Shown here in pieces: positions 1 to 11,031 of a stretch of 64,000 nucleotides of DNA. Position numbers and translations under genes: made by a program. This DNA comes from Myxococcota bacterium (GTDB lineage: Bacteria; Myxococcota_A; Polyangia; Polyangiales; JANWZI01): NCBI GenBank assembly GCA_025054695.1, contig JANWZI010000006.1:996-64995 (forward strand). Reading direction: 5' to 3'. Every line of letters begins with the position of its first letter. Position 1 is the stretch's first letter. The notes under the pieces are model-generated. The model did not search any database and had not been told where the DNA came from. It saw nothing but the letters and a program-made list of their open reading frames with translations.

Positions 1-230
1 ACCGTGGCGATTCGCGAAACGACGTCGAGCACCGAAACCTGCGAGCGGTCGAACGGATCGAAGGCCCCTCCCTCGACCGGCGCGGCGTCGAGCCGGATTT
101 CGACGAGAACTGGGGTCGCGGCACTGTCGTCGGGGCGATCCCACGGCGCGGGCTCCGCTCCCGCACAGGCGCTCGCCGCGAACAGCATCCCCACCCACGG
201 CGCGCAGTTGGTCAGCGCTCGCCGGCTCAC
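1..230 (-). CDS. putative lipoprotein, 5' end only (gene runs off the window start)
   Basis: Not in the ORF track. Reverse-strand reading from GTG 230..228 gives MSRRALTNCAPWVGMLFAASAC/AGAEPAPWDRPDD, a lipobox signal peptide. The GTG overlaps the TGA (229..227) of the upstream gene as GTGA. Confidence 0.45.
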   Translation of the reverse strand, partial: MSRRALTNCAPWVGMLFAASACAGAEPAPWDRPDDSAATPVLVEIRLDAAPVEGGAFDPFDRSQVSVLDVVSRIAT

Positions 231-2692
231 GATTCGTTGCCGATCGCCAGCGAATCGCTGCGCGGAAGGGTGTTTGGATCGACGCCGCGAGGGGCCGGTA
301 GCTCGCGTGGATCGCTCGATGGAGGCGGCGTCGGCGAGGAGGGCCCTTCGGTCGACGACGAAGGCGGCTGCTGGGAAGGCTGAGTCGGGGCACCACGTAG
401 CCGCTCGATGTGTGCGCGGGCGAGGGCCGCGCGGGGCCCGCTTGGAAGCCGCTCCAAGTAACCTTGATAGGCCTGCACGGCCTGCTGCGTCTGCCCCTGG
501 CGCAGGTAGGCATCGCCTAGGGCGATGAACGCGTCGGCGAAGCCGAGCTGAGCGGCCTGACGCAAGTAGCCGATCGCCGATGCGGCCTGCCCCTGTTCTA
601 GCAGGACCTGGCCGAGACCGGTCAGTGCCTCCGAGCCCGACGGACGGGTGCCGAGGGCGGCCTCGTACATCGCACGGGCGAGCCCGAGGTCACCGCGCGC
701 CATCGCCTCGTTGCCAGCGCGTACGTACCAGCCGTAATCGCGAGCCGTCGGTGGTCCACCGGCGCGCGGCGAGTCGCGTGATTCCGTAGCCCGTGACGGC
801 TCGCGGACGGGCGGCGAGGCGCGCTCGGAGGCGGGTGCCTCGGCGACGACGGCGGGCACCGGAGCGGGATCCGGAGCTGGATCGGGGCCGAGTCGGGCTC
901 CGGCGTCGGCGACGACCGCGAGCCGCGCGGGGGCCGGCGGTAGGCCGCGGTCGATGGCATCGCGCAGGGATCGCGCGGCGGTGTGTGCCGGAATGCGTCG
1001 CAGGATCTCGTCGAGCTGCGTGCGCGCGTCCGCGACCTCGCCCCTTGCGAGCAGCGCCCGCGCGAGGGCAAGCCGCGCTCGGACGAGGCTCGGGTCCCTT
1101 GTCACCGAGACGGCCAGCTCGTCGCGGCCGGCGCCTGGAGAAGCCGTCGGCGCGCTCCCCGCGAGCAGACCCTCCACGTAGGCAACGAGCGCGGCGGTGT
1201 GCGGTTCGAGGTCGAGGGAGCGCGCGCGCTGGAGGCTGCTGCGCGCCCCGTCGAGGTCGCCATTGAGTCGCTGCGCGTCCGCCAGCGCGACGAGCGCCGA
1301 GGCGTCATTGGGCGCGGCACGTGCAGCGGCCTCGGCCGCCGAACGGGCCTGGACGGCGTGTTCGCGCGCCTCGCGGCGCAGCGCCGCCGCCTCTCCCGCC
1401 AGTGCAGGCTGCGCGGCCGCGGCGATTTCCAGATCGGAGGCGCGGAACGCGAGGGCCTGGGCGAATGCGGCGTGTGCGCGAGACAGACCGATCATCACGC
1501 GGACGTCGCGCTCCGCTATCGCCGTCGCACGCGTGTACTCGCGGATGGCCTCCGCATAACCCTCCTCGGTGTCGAGCGCGAGCGCGGCCTGCGCGCGCTC
1601 GAGGAACGGCTGCACTGGATCCGCGGCAGGAGCGAGCCCGAAACGAGGGGCGAGAGTCGGCCAAGCCAAGGCCGCGCCGGCTCCGAGTCCGAAGAGCAGC
1701 ACGAGCGCTAGCGCCCACCGTAGGCCCGAACGCCCTCGGGAGGGCCGAGGTGCGGAAGCGTCATCGTCGTCGAGCGTGAGAGCCGGTCCGTGGACGGGGG
1801 TGGCGGAAGCAGCCGGGCGCGCCGACGCGCGCATCGACGGAGCGGGCCGTGGCGGCAAGTCGTGCTCCACGTCGAACGAGGCCCTCGTGGGCGCGATGGG
1901 ACGATGAGGCGGGGCCTGGGGCACGGTGGGGGTGGCCTGTCGCGCGACAGGGGCTGGCGGGACCGCACGAGAGGCCGTCGATGGGCCTTGGACTGCTGGC
2001 AACGGAGCGGTCTTCACGGACGGCGGGGCGACCGTGGGCGGCGGCGGCACGGGCTGCGGGGTCGAGGTCGCGCCGACGCCGAGCAGAGTCCCCTTCGTGC
2101 GCGTGGGCGGAGGCTCGACGGTGGCAATCGCCGCCGTCACCGTCTGGCTTGGCGCCGGCGGCGGGGCCATCGGCGGCGGCGTAAGCGGATCCCGGGCGCT
2201 CGTCGGCGTCGGGGGAGGAATCGGCGGACCTGGCATGGGGGCGGTGGGGGCGTGGGGACGGATGGGTCGGGATCCGTGCGCCGTCGGCTCGGAGGTGGCG
2301 GCTGTCGAGGCCGGAGGTGGAACGAGCGCTGGCGGGGTGCGATCGCGCGTCGGGATGGACGGCGCCGTCGAGCGTGCTTCCGCGGCCGCGAAGAACGTGC
2401 TGAGCTCGGCAATGTCGCCGAGTCGTTTCCAGCCCTCGCCCGAGCGTGAGATGAGGTCGTCGCGGGTCAGATCACCCGACGCGATCAGCCGCTGCAGGTC
2501 GCGCAGCGACGTCAGCGTGACGCTGATTCCGTCGGCCTTGCGGACCGTCCAGGGGCGGGGTGCCGCGGCCGCGTCGCGGAAGACCTTGAAAAGATGGCCA
2601 CAGTTGGTGCACTTGACCGTCGTGCCCCGTTCGCTCACGAGCGTCTCGTCGAACTCGTATTCGGTTCCGCACCGCTCGCACGTGACGTCCAT
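227..2692 (-). CDS. zinc-ribbon (MJ0042-type) / GYF-like / Pro-rich / TPR-repeat protein with one TM helix
   Basis: ORF track 227..2713. MDVTCERCGTEYEF...VKCTNCGHLF is a CxxC..CxxC zinc ribbon that normally sits at the extreme N-terminus, so Met 2692 is preferred over 2713. It is followed by the WTVRKADG..WKRLGDI segment, a long Pro-rich linker, the TM helix LRWALALVLLFGLGAGAALAW and TPR-like repeats. Confidence 0.8.
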   Translation of the reverse strand: MDVTCERCGTEYEFDETLVSERGTTVKCTNCGHLFKVFRDAAAAPRPWTVRKADGISVTLTSLRDLQRLIASGDLTRDDLISRSGEGWKRLGDIAELSTFFAAAEARSTAPSIPTRDRTPPALVPPPASTAATSEPTAHGSRPIRPHAPTAPMPGPPIPPPTPTSARDPLTPPPMAPPPAPSQTVTAAIATVEPPPTRTKGTLLGVGATSTPQPVPPPPTVAPPSVKTAPLPAVQGPSTASRAVPPAPVARQATPTVPQAPPHRPIAPTRASFDVEHDLPPRPAPSMRASARPAASATPVHGPALTLDDDDASAPRPSRGRSGLRWALALVLLFGLGAGAALAWPTLAPRFGLAPAADPVQPFLERAQAALALDTEEGYAEAIREYTRATAIAERDVRVMIGLSRAHAAFAQALAFRASDLEIAAAAQPALAGEAAALRREAREHAVQARSAAEAAARAAPNDASALVALADAQRLNGDLDGARSSLQRARSLDLEPHTAALVAYVEGLLAGSAPTASPGAGRDELAVSVTRDPSLVRARLALARALLARGEVADARTQLDEILRRIPAHTAARSLRDAIDRGLPPAPARLAVVADAGARLGPDPAPDPAPVPAVVAEAPASERASPPVREPSRATESRDSPRAGGPPTARDYGWYVRAGNEAMARGDLGLARAMYEAALGTRPSGSEALTGLGQVLLEQGQAASAIGYLRQAAQLGFADAFIALGDAYLRQGQTQQAVQAYQGYLERLPSGPRAALARAHIERLRGAPTQPSQQPPSSSTEGPSSPTPPPSSDPRELPAPRGVDPNTLPRSDSLAIGNES

Positions 2693-2813
2693 GGTCGCGA
2701 CGGCGACTAGCATATTCGGGGCCGCACACCACGGGAACCACCGGCCACGGGACGTCGTCGAGCTCCGATGGCGTCTGCTGCCCGCCGAGGCGACGCCGTG
2801 CTAGCGTCGGAGC

Positions 2814-3689
2814 GTGCGCGAGGATCTGCGGCGCCTCGCCGACGCGGTGGCGCGTCGGGTCGAACGGCGGCTGATCGAGGAGTTGCGCGCCACGCCCTGC
2901 GAGGCCACGGCGGAGCAGTGCACGGGGGACGGGCTGTGTGCGGTGCGGCGACCCGACGACGTGCGGCGCGTGCAGCAGGCGGGCGCCGTGCGTGTGGGCG
3001 CCTCGCCGGGGATCGGACCGGTGCGCTCCGATCTGGCTGCGATCATCGACCACACGCTGTTGCGACCCGATGCGAGCCGCGAGGATCTCGCGCGTCTGTG
3101 CGACGAGGCCCTCCAGTATCGCTTCGCGAGCGTGTGCGTGAACAGTGCCAACGTGCGCTTCTGCGCAGAGCGACTTCGGGGCAGTGGCGTGCGGACCGTG
3201 GCGGTGGTGGGCTTCCCGCTCGGAGCCGCCAGCACCCACGCCAAAGCCTTCGAGACCCGTCAGGCGATTCGGGACGGAGCCGACGAGATTGACATGGTCA
3301 TCAACCTCGGCGCGCTCAAGGGCCGCGACTACCGGACGGTGCTGGAGGACATCCGCGCGGTGGTCGAGGCCGCCCGGCCACACCCGGTCAAGGTGATTCT
3401 CGAAACCGGGGCGCTCGATCGGGATGGCAAGGTCATCGGATGCGCGCTCGCGAAGGCCGCCGGCGCCGCCTTCGTCAAGACCTCCACGGGCTTCGGACCG
3501 GGTGGGGCCACCGTCGAGGACGTCGCGCTGATGCGCGCGATCGTCGGCGACGACGTCGGGGTCAAGGCGAGTGGCGGCGTGCGCGACGGCGAGACGGCGG
3601 AGCGGCTGGTCGCGGCCGGGGCCACGCGAATCGGGGCGAGCGCGAGCGTGGCCATCGTCTCCGGTCGAGGCGGCACGAGCGGCTACTGA
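2814..3689 (+). CDS. deoC: deoxyribose-phosphate aldolase
   Basis: ORF track. DeoC motifs are IDHTLL, VVGFPLG, DMVINLG, KVILETG, FVKTSTGFG (Schiff-base Lys) and KASGGV. It has an N-terminal extension of about 75 aa and a GTG start. Confidence 0.9.
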   Translation: MREDLRRLADAVARRVERRLIEELRATPCEATAEQCTGDGLCAVRRPDDVRRVQQAGAVRVGASPGIGPVRSDLAAIIDHTLLRPDASREDLARLCDEALQYRFASVCVNSANVRFCAERLRGSGVRTVAVVGFPLGAASTHAKAFETRQAIRDGADEIDMVINLGALKGRDYRTVLEDIRAVVEAARPHPVKVILETGALDRDGKVIGCALAKAAGAAFVKTSTGFGPGGATVEDVALMRAIVGDDVGVKASGGVRDGETAERLVAAGATRIGASASVAIVSGRGGTSGY

Positions 3690-3750
3690 GCCCGCGCCGG
3701 GGGGCCGCACGCTTGCGCCGTCGGAGCGGCGTGATGACACTGAGTGCGAC

Positions 3751-4398
3751 ATGTCTGCCGTCCAGCCCGTCACCGACGCCACCTTCGAGCGCGAGGTCTT
3801 GCGCAGCGAGTTGCCGGTCCTGGTGGACTTCTACGCCGACTGGTGTCAGCCGTGCCGTGCGCTCGCACCCGTGGTCGCCGAGGTGGCGCGCGAGCTGTCC
3901 GGACGTCTCAAGGTCGTCAAGGTCGACACAGATCGCAACCCTCGTGTCGCGGCGGCGTTCGGCATCCAATCCATCCCCACGCTCGTCGTGATGTCGGGGG
4001 GTCAGGTCGTGGCCCATCACGTCGGCGCGCTAGACCGCAAGGGCCTGCTGCGGCTCGTCGAGGCGGCGCTGCCGCGCAACGACGCCGAGGTCAAGCCGTC
4101 CGAGCTCGCCGAACTCATCCGCCAGCGCCGCGCGGTGCCGGTGGACGTGCGCGACGCCGCAAGCTACCGGCGGCATCGCATTCCGACCGCGCTGCACATT
4201 CCCGCCGCGGACGTGGAGACGCGCATCTCGGAGCTGCGCTCGCTCGACGGTCGGATCCGGGTGCTCTACGGCCGCAGCACCGACGAAGCGCGCGAACTGG
4301 CCGAACGGCTCGCCTCGCGTGGGGTGCGCGTCGGCTATCTCGCCGGTGGGCTATTGCACTGGGAAGCCGACGGCCTGCCCGTCGAACGTCCCGCCTGA
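3751..4398 (+). CDS. thioredoxin fused to a rhodanese-homology domain
   Basis: Inner ATG of ORF 3571..4398. The thioredoxin fold carries WCQPC (not WCGPC). The C-terminal rhodanese-like domain ([21 protein letters not shown]...LYGRSTDEA) has Gly where the catalytic Cys is expected. The stop TGA 4396-4398 lies in the arm of repeat E1. Confidence 0.85.
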   Translation: MSAVQPVTDATFEREVLRSELPVLVDFYADWCQPCRALAPVVAEVARELSGRLKVVKVDTDRNPRVAAAFGIQSIPTLVVMSGGQVVAHHVGALDRKGLLRLVEAALPRNDAEVKPSELAELIRQRRAVPVDVRDAASYRRHRIPTALHIPAADVETRISELRSLDGRIRVLYGRSTDEARELAERLASRGVRVGYLAGGLLHWEADGLPVERPA

Positions 4399-4565
4399 CG
4401 GCACTGCGCGGCTGCGTCGATGACAGCTGCGGCGAGGGCTTCGGAGAGGGGCGCGCATTCAGGCTCGGGCCCGGACTGCCACGCGGAGTCGGAGTCGGAC
4501 TCCACCTCGGTTCCGGACTCGCAGTACGCCTCGGTGGAACCGACCGCCGTGACCGGCGATGCGAC
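4393..4565. repeat. hexamer-tract inverted-repeat intergenic element, copy E1
   Basis: Left arm GCCTGACGGCACTGCGCGGCTGCGTCGATGA contains the TGA of the Trx-rhodanese gene. The tract is of the GGAGTC/GGACTC type (about 4465-4520). Module CTCGCAGTACGCCTCGG, right arm ...CCGTGACCGGCGATGCGAC. Coordinates are +/-10 nt. Confidence 0.7.
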
Positions 4566-4577
4566 GCCGGGCTCGCA

Positions 4578-4689
4578 CGCTCAGCGCCGATCAGGTTGGT
4601 TGAGGGTACGAACCGATGTGCCGAGCCCGAGCTCGAGTCCGCGTCCGAGCCCGAGTCGCGATCAACCAACCTGACCGCCGCCGTCAGAC
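4578..4689. repeat. hexamer-tract inverted-repeat intergenic element, copy E2 (tandem to E1)
   Basis: A perfect 13-bp inverted repeat, TCAGGTTGGTTGA (4591-4603) and TCAACCAACCTGA (4662-4674), encloses the tract CCGAGCCCGAGCTCGAGTCCGCGTCCGAGCCCGAGTCG. The right arm is CTGACCGCCGCCGTCAGAC. Confidence 0.85.
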
Positions 4690-4802
4690 TCCCGGTCGGC
4701 CATCGAATCCGAAAGGGCCTCGCCCCCGAAGGCCGGCGCGCCCGCGGGGCGGCGCCGTGGATTGGGGGCACGGTGGGCTTGTCCCCGACGGCGCGCGGCT
4801 CC

Positions 4803-6896
<2,094 letters not shown>

Positions 6897-7030
6897 GGCC
6901 TTCGCTGTCAGCCAGGGGCTCGTACCCAGCATTCCTGCTCAGACTCCGACCGCGCCTCGATGGATCTCGCTCGGCGCTCCGCGGGCGCCGTCGGCACCCT
7001 CGGGTTGTCAGTTTTGTGTACACTCGCCGC

Positions 7031-7804
7031 GTGTGCCGGCTGCTCGTGCCCTTGGTCGTCGCGCACGTCGCTGCTGCGGTCGCGCCGCGTGCGCTTGCGC
7101 AGAACGAGCGGTCGCGTCCATCGGGATCGGAGACGCCCGCTGACGGGCTGCCTGCCGTGTTTTCGCGACGACCGCTCACCCTTCCGACGTCGCAGTGGCG
7201 GATCGACCTGGTCGTGCGTTTGACCTCTAGCCGCGTGGAGCAACCCGTTCGCGAGCTCGGGATGGATCTCGCGTCGGGCTTCGGGGTGGGTCTGTTCGAC
7301 GGCCTCGAGCTGGGGACGTGGCTCCTTCATTTCCAGATTTCGCCCGGATTCGAGGGCAAGCCGGTGCAGCCCTACGTGCTCGGCCGGCTTTCGCGCGGGG
7401 ACGTCGAGCCAGGTCTCGGATTGCTCGTGCGGCTGGGGCAGAGGCCAGGGCTCGTGTTGCTCGCGCCGGTTCTCGTCCATCTCGGTCCGCGTGTCCGGCT
7501 CGATACGGGCGCCAGTGCGGGCGTGCTGCCCGAAGAGCCCACCGCATATTCGATGCGGTTTCCCGTTCAACTGGCCGTGCACCCGGCCGGGCGGGCTTTC
7601 GTTGGGGGCGGGGGTTACCTCGAGCTCGTCGGTGGCAACGACGAGCCTGCTGATGCCTACGTCGGGTTCGAGCTCTTCGCGGGCACGACGGCGGGCAGGG
7701 GGCCGAACGCCGGCACCGACCTGCGGGTGAGCTTCCACGTCCCGAACGTCGTCGAGGGCTACAAGCTCTGGGTGCTCGCGTTCGGCATCGCGTTCCACCC
7801 CTGA
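7031..7804 (+). CDS. hypothetical secreted protein, possibly an outer-membrane beta-barrel
   Basis: In-frame GTG within ORF 6140..7804 gives the signal peptide VCRLLVPLVVAHVAAAVAPRALA/QNE. GC3-rich codon usage, alternating Gly/aromatic beta-strand-like segments, and a C-terminal ...LAFGIAFHP. Confidence 0.55.
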   Translation: MCRLLVPLVVAHVAAAVAPRALAQNERSRPSGSETPADGLPAVFSRRPLTLPTSQWRIDLVVRLTSSRVEQPVRELGMDLASGFGVGLFDGLELGTWLLHFQISPGFEGKPVQPYVLGRLSRGDVEPGLGLLVRLGQRPGLVLLAPVLVHLGPRVRLDTGASAGVLPEEPTAYSMRFPVQLAVHPAGRAFVGGGGYLELVGGNDEPADAYVGFELFAGTTAGRGPNAGTDLRVSFHVPNVVEGYKLWVLAFGIAFHP

Positions 7805-7939
7805 CGGCCGCGCTTCGATGTTTTCGAGCGCGGTTGCGGCCTCGCGCGCGGGCTCCGTTGCGGACGTGCACTCGAAGGCCCCCCGTGGCCGCAACCCACC
7901 CGCGTCGAGCTCGTCGTCGGATTCCGGGACGCCGTCGTC

Positions 7940-8197
7940 GTCGGACGCACGGTGGCCATCACATGGGTGGACGTAACCGAGGGCTGTTGCGAGTCCGAGT
8001 CCGAGACCGAGTCCAGGACCGAGTCGGAGTCCGAGTCCGAGACTGAGTCTGAGTCGGAGCCCGAGTCCGAGTCCAAGACCGATCCCGAGTGCGAGACCGA
8101 GCTCGAGATAGAGCCCAGGTCCGAGACACTGCCCGAGTCCGGAGATCAAGCCCGAGCTCGAACCGCGGTCCGCTCACCTGGCCGCCGCTGTCAGCGG
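7940..8197. repeat. hexamer-tract inverted-repeat intergenic element, copy E3
   Basis: Left arm GTCGGACGCACGGTGGCCATCACATGGGTGGA, module CGTAACCGAGGGCTGTTGCGAG (7972-7993), 25 in-phase GAGNCS units (7991-8140), right arm GAACCGCGGTCCGCTCACCTGGCCGCCGCTGTCAGC containing the cyclophilin stop. Confidence 0.9.
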
Positions 8198-9168
8198 CTT
8201 CTCGGCTCGTCGCCGCGTCGGCGGCGCTCAGGCCCCTGCTCGGTGGGTCCAGGACTCGCGCCGCGTGGGCGGTCGAACGTCACACCGGGCTGCTCGCGAG
8301 GTGGTGTCGGCCGCGCGGCCGCGGCGCCGCCGGGGACGCGGCGAATGAGCAGCCGCGTGATCGGAACGGGTGTCAGCGGACGGTGATCGGGCCGACCCGT
8401 CTGCGGGACGCGGGCGATGATCGAGACGGTTTCGGTGGGGACGCAGTGGCCGAAAATGGTGGAGCCGCCGTCGAGCTGGGGTGCCGGTCCGTCGGTGATG
8501 AAGAACTGGGCGCCGTATACCCCCGGTCCCTCGTTCGCCATGCACAGCAGCCCGGCACGGTCGTGGTGGCGCAAGGTTTCGTGGATCTCGTCGGGTAACT
8601 GGTAACCGACGCGTCCCGTGCCATCGCCGAGCAAATCGCCACCCTGGATGAGGAAGCCCGGAATGACGCGATGGAACGTGAGGTCGCGATAGTACGGTCG
8701 CCGCACCCACGCCCCGGCCCGCGGATCCCAGAAAGCTCTGAGGCCTCGCGCCAGGCCAATGAAGTTGGCCACCGTCCGCGGCGCGCGATCCGCGTACAGA
8801 TCGCAAAAGAGCACACCGAGGTCCGTCGCGATTTCCGCGACGAGCTGCCCATCGAGAGGAAGGCCGGCCACCGCTTCCTCGAGCGTGAACTGGCCGCCAT
8901 GCGGATCGGGCTCGGTCGGCTCGAGGACGAGTCGTTCGCGCTCACGCGCGGCGCGCTGCTCGCCCGGCCGCGACGGCTGCGGCCCCGCGGTGGGCTCATC
9001 GGCGAAGATCACCTCCGTGCCATCTTCGAGCCGCGCCCGCTGCCCCGATGACCTTGCGCCCTGGGCACGTGGCTCGGGCGCCGTCGAGGGGCCGCCGGAG
9101 CAGTGCACGGTCTCGCAGCCCAACAGCAGTGCGAGCGAGAGCGCAGCGCTCGGTCGCACGATTCGCAT
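8191..9168 (-). CDS. cyclophilin-type peptidyl-prolyl cis-trans isomerase, lipoprotein
   Basis: ORF 8191..9237 trimmed to the Met giving MRIVRPSAALSLALLLGC (lipobox). Cyclophilin motifs are FHRVIPGFLIQGGD and GLLCMANEGPGVYGAQFFIT. The stop (TCA 8191-8193 on +) lies in the E3 arm. Confidence 0.85.
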   Translation of the reverse strand: MRIVRPSAALSLALLLGCETVHCSGGPSTAPEPRAQGARSSGQRARLEDGTEVIFADEPTAGPQPSRPGEQRAARERERLVLEPTEPDPHGGQFTLEEAVAGLPLDGQLVAEIATDLGVLFCDLYADRAPRTVANFIGLARGLRAFWDPRAGAWVRRPYYRDLTFHRVIPGFLIQGGDLLGDGTGRVGYQLPDEIHETLRHHDRAGLLCMANEGPGVYGAQFFITDGPAPQLDGGSTIFGHCVPTETVSIIARVPQTGRPDHRPLTPVPITRLLIRRVPGGAAAARPTPPREQPGVTFDRPRGASPGPTEQGPERRRRGDEPRSR

Positions 9169-9246
9169 CGACTCCGGCCACCCCACCATCCGGCCGCGTG
9201 ATCCGCAATCGACGGTCGCGACCCCGTTCGCGTCCACGCCAACCGC

Positions 9247-10242
9247 TCAGCGCTGTCCCGCGTAGCGCGGATCGCCCGGCACTAGCGCGAGGGCGTAGCG
9301 AATCTCGATGAACCGATTCGATACGGTGCCCGCGGTCACCCCGTAGCGCCTTGCGACCGAGGCCTGGGTGACGCCGCGAACCCCGTGAAGGACCGCGATC
9401 GCGTATTCGATCGCCGCGGCGTAGCTCTCCGGCCGGCACGCCGGTCGCCGCGCGTGGTGCCGGAAGTCTCGCCACAGCGCGAGGGCGGCGTGGATCTGAC
9501 TCGCCGAGAACCCAGCGGCGCCCATGCGCGCCTCGAGCGCGTCAACCACTGCATCGGGTGGGGACGCCGCGCGTCCGCTCGCGTGCGGCGCGGCGGACCG
9601 GTGCCCGAGTCCAGAGGTCCGCGGGGAGCGGGGTGGGCCGGACCGGTCCGCACCCTGTTCGATCCAAGCGAGCAGCTCCCGGTGGTCGCGATTGCGCGGC
9701 GCCGCGCGCACGGCCTCGTCGGCGAGGGTGCGGGCGCGGTCCAGTCGCCCCAGGCGCGCCAGGCAATGTGCGAGTGACGCGGCGATCTCGTGCTCGAGCG
9801 GCTCGATGCGATGGGCAATCTCGAGGTGACCGACCGCTTCGTCGGGACGACCGAGCGCGACGTCGAGAAGATGACCCAGGTTGTGGTGGTACCAGGGATT
9901 GTGCGGCGACTCCTGCAGTGCGCGTCGATAGCTGGCGACCGCAGCTTGGAAATTGCCGAGCAGCGCGTGACACAAACCCAGCAACGCGTGCGCCACGTCG
10001 CCACCGGTGCGCGCCGCGACGAGCCGTCGGAGGTGCAATGCCGCGCGCCACGGATGCTCCTCGATCAGCAATTCCGCCAGGTGGCGATGCGCGAACGTCC
10101 ACGCCTCGCTGCCTTCCGGCGCCACGTGGGAAAGCCGCTCGAGCAACGATTCGACCTCGCGTCGCGGACGGTTGCGACGCAGCGCCTGCTCGGCGAGACG
10201 CAGCAGGCGCGCGTGCGCGGTGCCCTGCGTGCGTCGCGTCAT
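9247..10242 (-). CDS. TPR-repeat protein with a C-terminal HTH-like domain
   Basis: ORF track. TPR-like repeats (ALLGLCHALLGNFQAAVASYRRALQESPHNPWYHHNLGHLL). The C-terminus GVTQASVARRYGVTAGTVSNRFIEI resembles a helix-turn-helix. Confidence 0.7.
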   Translation of the reverse strand: MTRRTQGTAHARLLRLAEQALRRNRPRREVESLLERLSHVAPEGSEAWTFAHRHLAELLIEEHPWRAALHLRRLVAARTGGDVAHALLGLCHALLGNFQAAVASYRRALQESPHNPWYHHNLGHLLDVALGRPDEAVGHLEIAHRIEPLEHEIAASLAHCLARLGRLDRARTLADEAVRAAPRNRDHRELLAWIEQGADRSGPPRSPRTSGLGHRSAAPHASGRAASPPDAVVDALEARMGAAGFSASQIHAALALWRDFRHHARRPACRPESYAAAIEYAIAVLHGVRGVTQASVARRYGVTAGTVSNRFIEIRYALALVPGDPRYAGQR

Positions 10243-10275
10243 GCAGCAAGCGTATAACCCGCGTCCGCGGCCCTT

Positions 10276-11031
10276 TCAAGAACCACGCGCGGTTCGCTCG
10301 CAGTGCACGAGCAAAAAGCCGCCGAACCAGCGCAGCGGTCCCCGCGCAGCGCGCCGCTCGGCGCGAGCGAGCCACGGCGCGACGAGGGCGAACCGGTGCA
10401 GCGCCGCGGCCGGCGTCAGCACCCGGATCCCCTCGACGCGTCGGATGCGCAGCCCCGGCGCGAGCCAGCGCGCGATGCGCGTCGGCGGATCCCAGCGTGT
10501 CGGCACGTCCTGTTCGGTGTGCTGGTGCGAGATCGGACGAGGCCCCGCGACGCGTCGAGCGAGCCACCGCAGGCTCCAGGGGTTGTAGACATCGAACAGC
10601 ACGGCTCCGCCGTCGCGACAGACGCGGGCCATCTGGGCCAGCGCGACGCCCACGTCGGGCACGTGGGCGAGAACCTTGAACGCGTAGACCACGTCGAAGC
10701 TGGCATCGTCGAAGGGCAGGGCCGTGGCGCTCGCGACGCGGACGTCGAGCCCGCGACGCAGGGCGTGCGCGAGCATGCCCGGCGACAGATCGACGCCCCG
10801 CGCGGTTCGCGCCACCTCGGCCGCGCGGCGCAGAAGCAGCCCCGTGCCGCATCCGACCTCGAGCACGTCGCGCCCCGCCACCAGCGGCCGCAGGGCCTCC
10901 CACTGCATCTGGTCGACGAGCGCGTGGTAGCCGTGATGCCTGCACCGTTCATAGCTGGCCGCGAACGCGTCGTAGTAGCGTCGTGCGCGCTCCTCCTGGG
11001 CGTCCTCCTGGGCGTCGGCCTCGGTCACCAC
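10276..11031 (-). CDS. class I SAM-dependent methyltransferase
   Basis: ORF track. Motif I VLEVGCGTGLL, then LPFDDASFDVVYAFKVLAHVPD. Confidence 0.85.
   Translation of the reverse strand: MVTEADAQEDAQEERARRYYDAFAASYERCRHHGYHALVDQMQWEALRPLVAGRDVLEVGCGTGLLLRRAAEVARTARGVDLSPGMLAHALRRGLDVRVASATALPFDDASFDVVYAFKVLAHVPDVGVALAQMARVCRDGGAVLFDVYNPWSLRWLARRVAGPRPISHQHTEQDVPTRWDPPTRIARWLAPGLRIRRVEGIRVLTPAAALHRFALVAPWLARAERRAARGPLRWFGGFLLVHCERTARGS

Noticed and set aside
4-528. ORF 4..528 (+) at the window start
   Set aside because: It overlaps the C-terminal TPR region of the 227..2692 gene and the lipoprotein start on the opposite strand. Its composition is typical of a shadow ORF.
3744-4802. Very long N-terminal extensions of real genes in the ORF track (3744..6896, 38213..40753, 24287..26620, 14506..16080, 54417..56330, 30083..33742, 12867..14411)
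   Set aside because: The upstream parts are Arg/Ala/Pro-rich read-through of GC-rich or repeat DNA. They overlap other well-supported genes and precede clear signal peptides or conserved N-termini, so the starts were moved to internal codons.
7991-8140. Short tandem repeats in many intergenic regions, considered as possible CRISPR arrays
   Set aside because: The repeat unit is only 6 nt and is contiguous, with no unique spacers. No cas genes are present. The architecture is a microsatellite-like tract inside an inverted-repeat element, not a CRISPR array.
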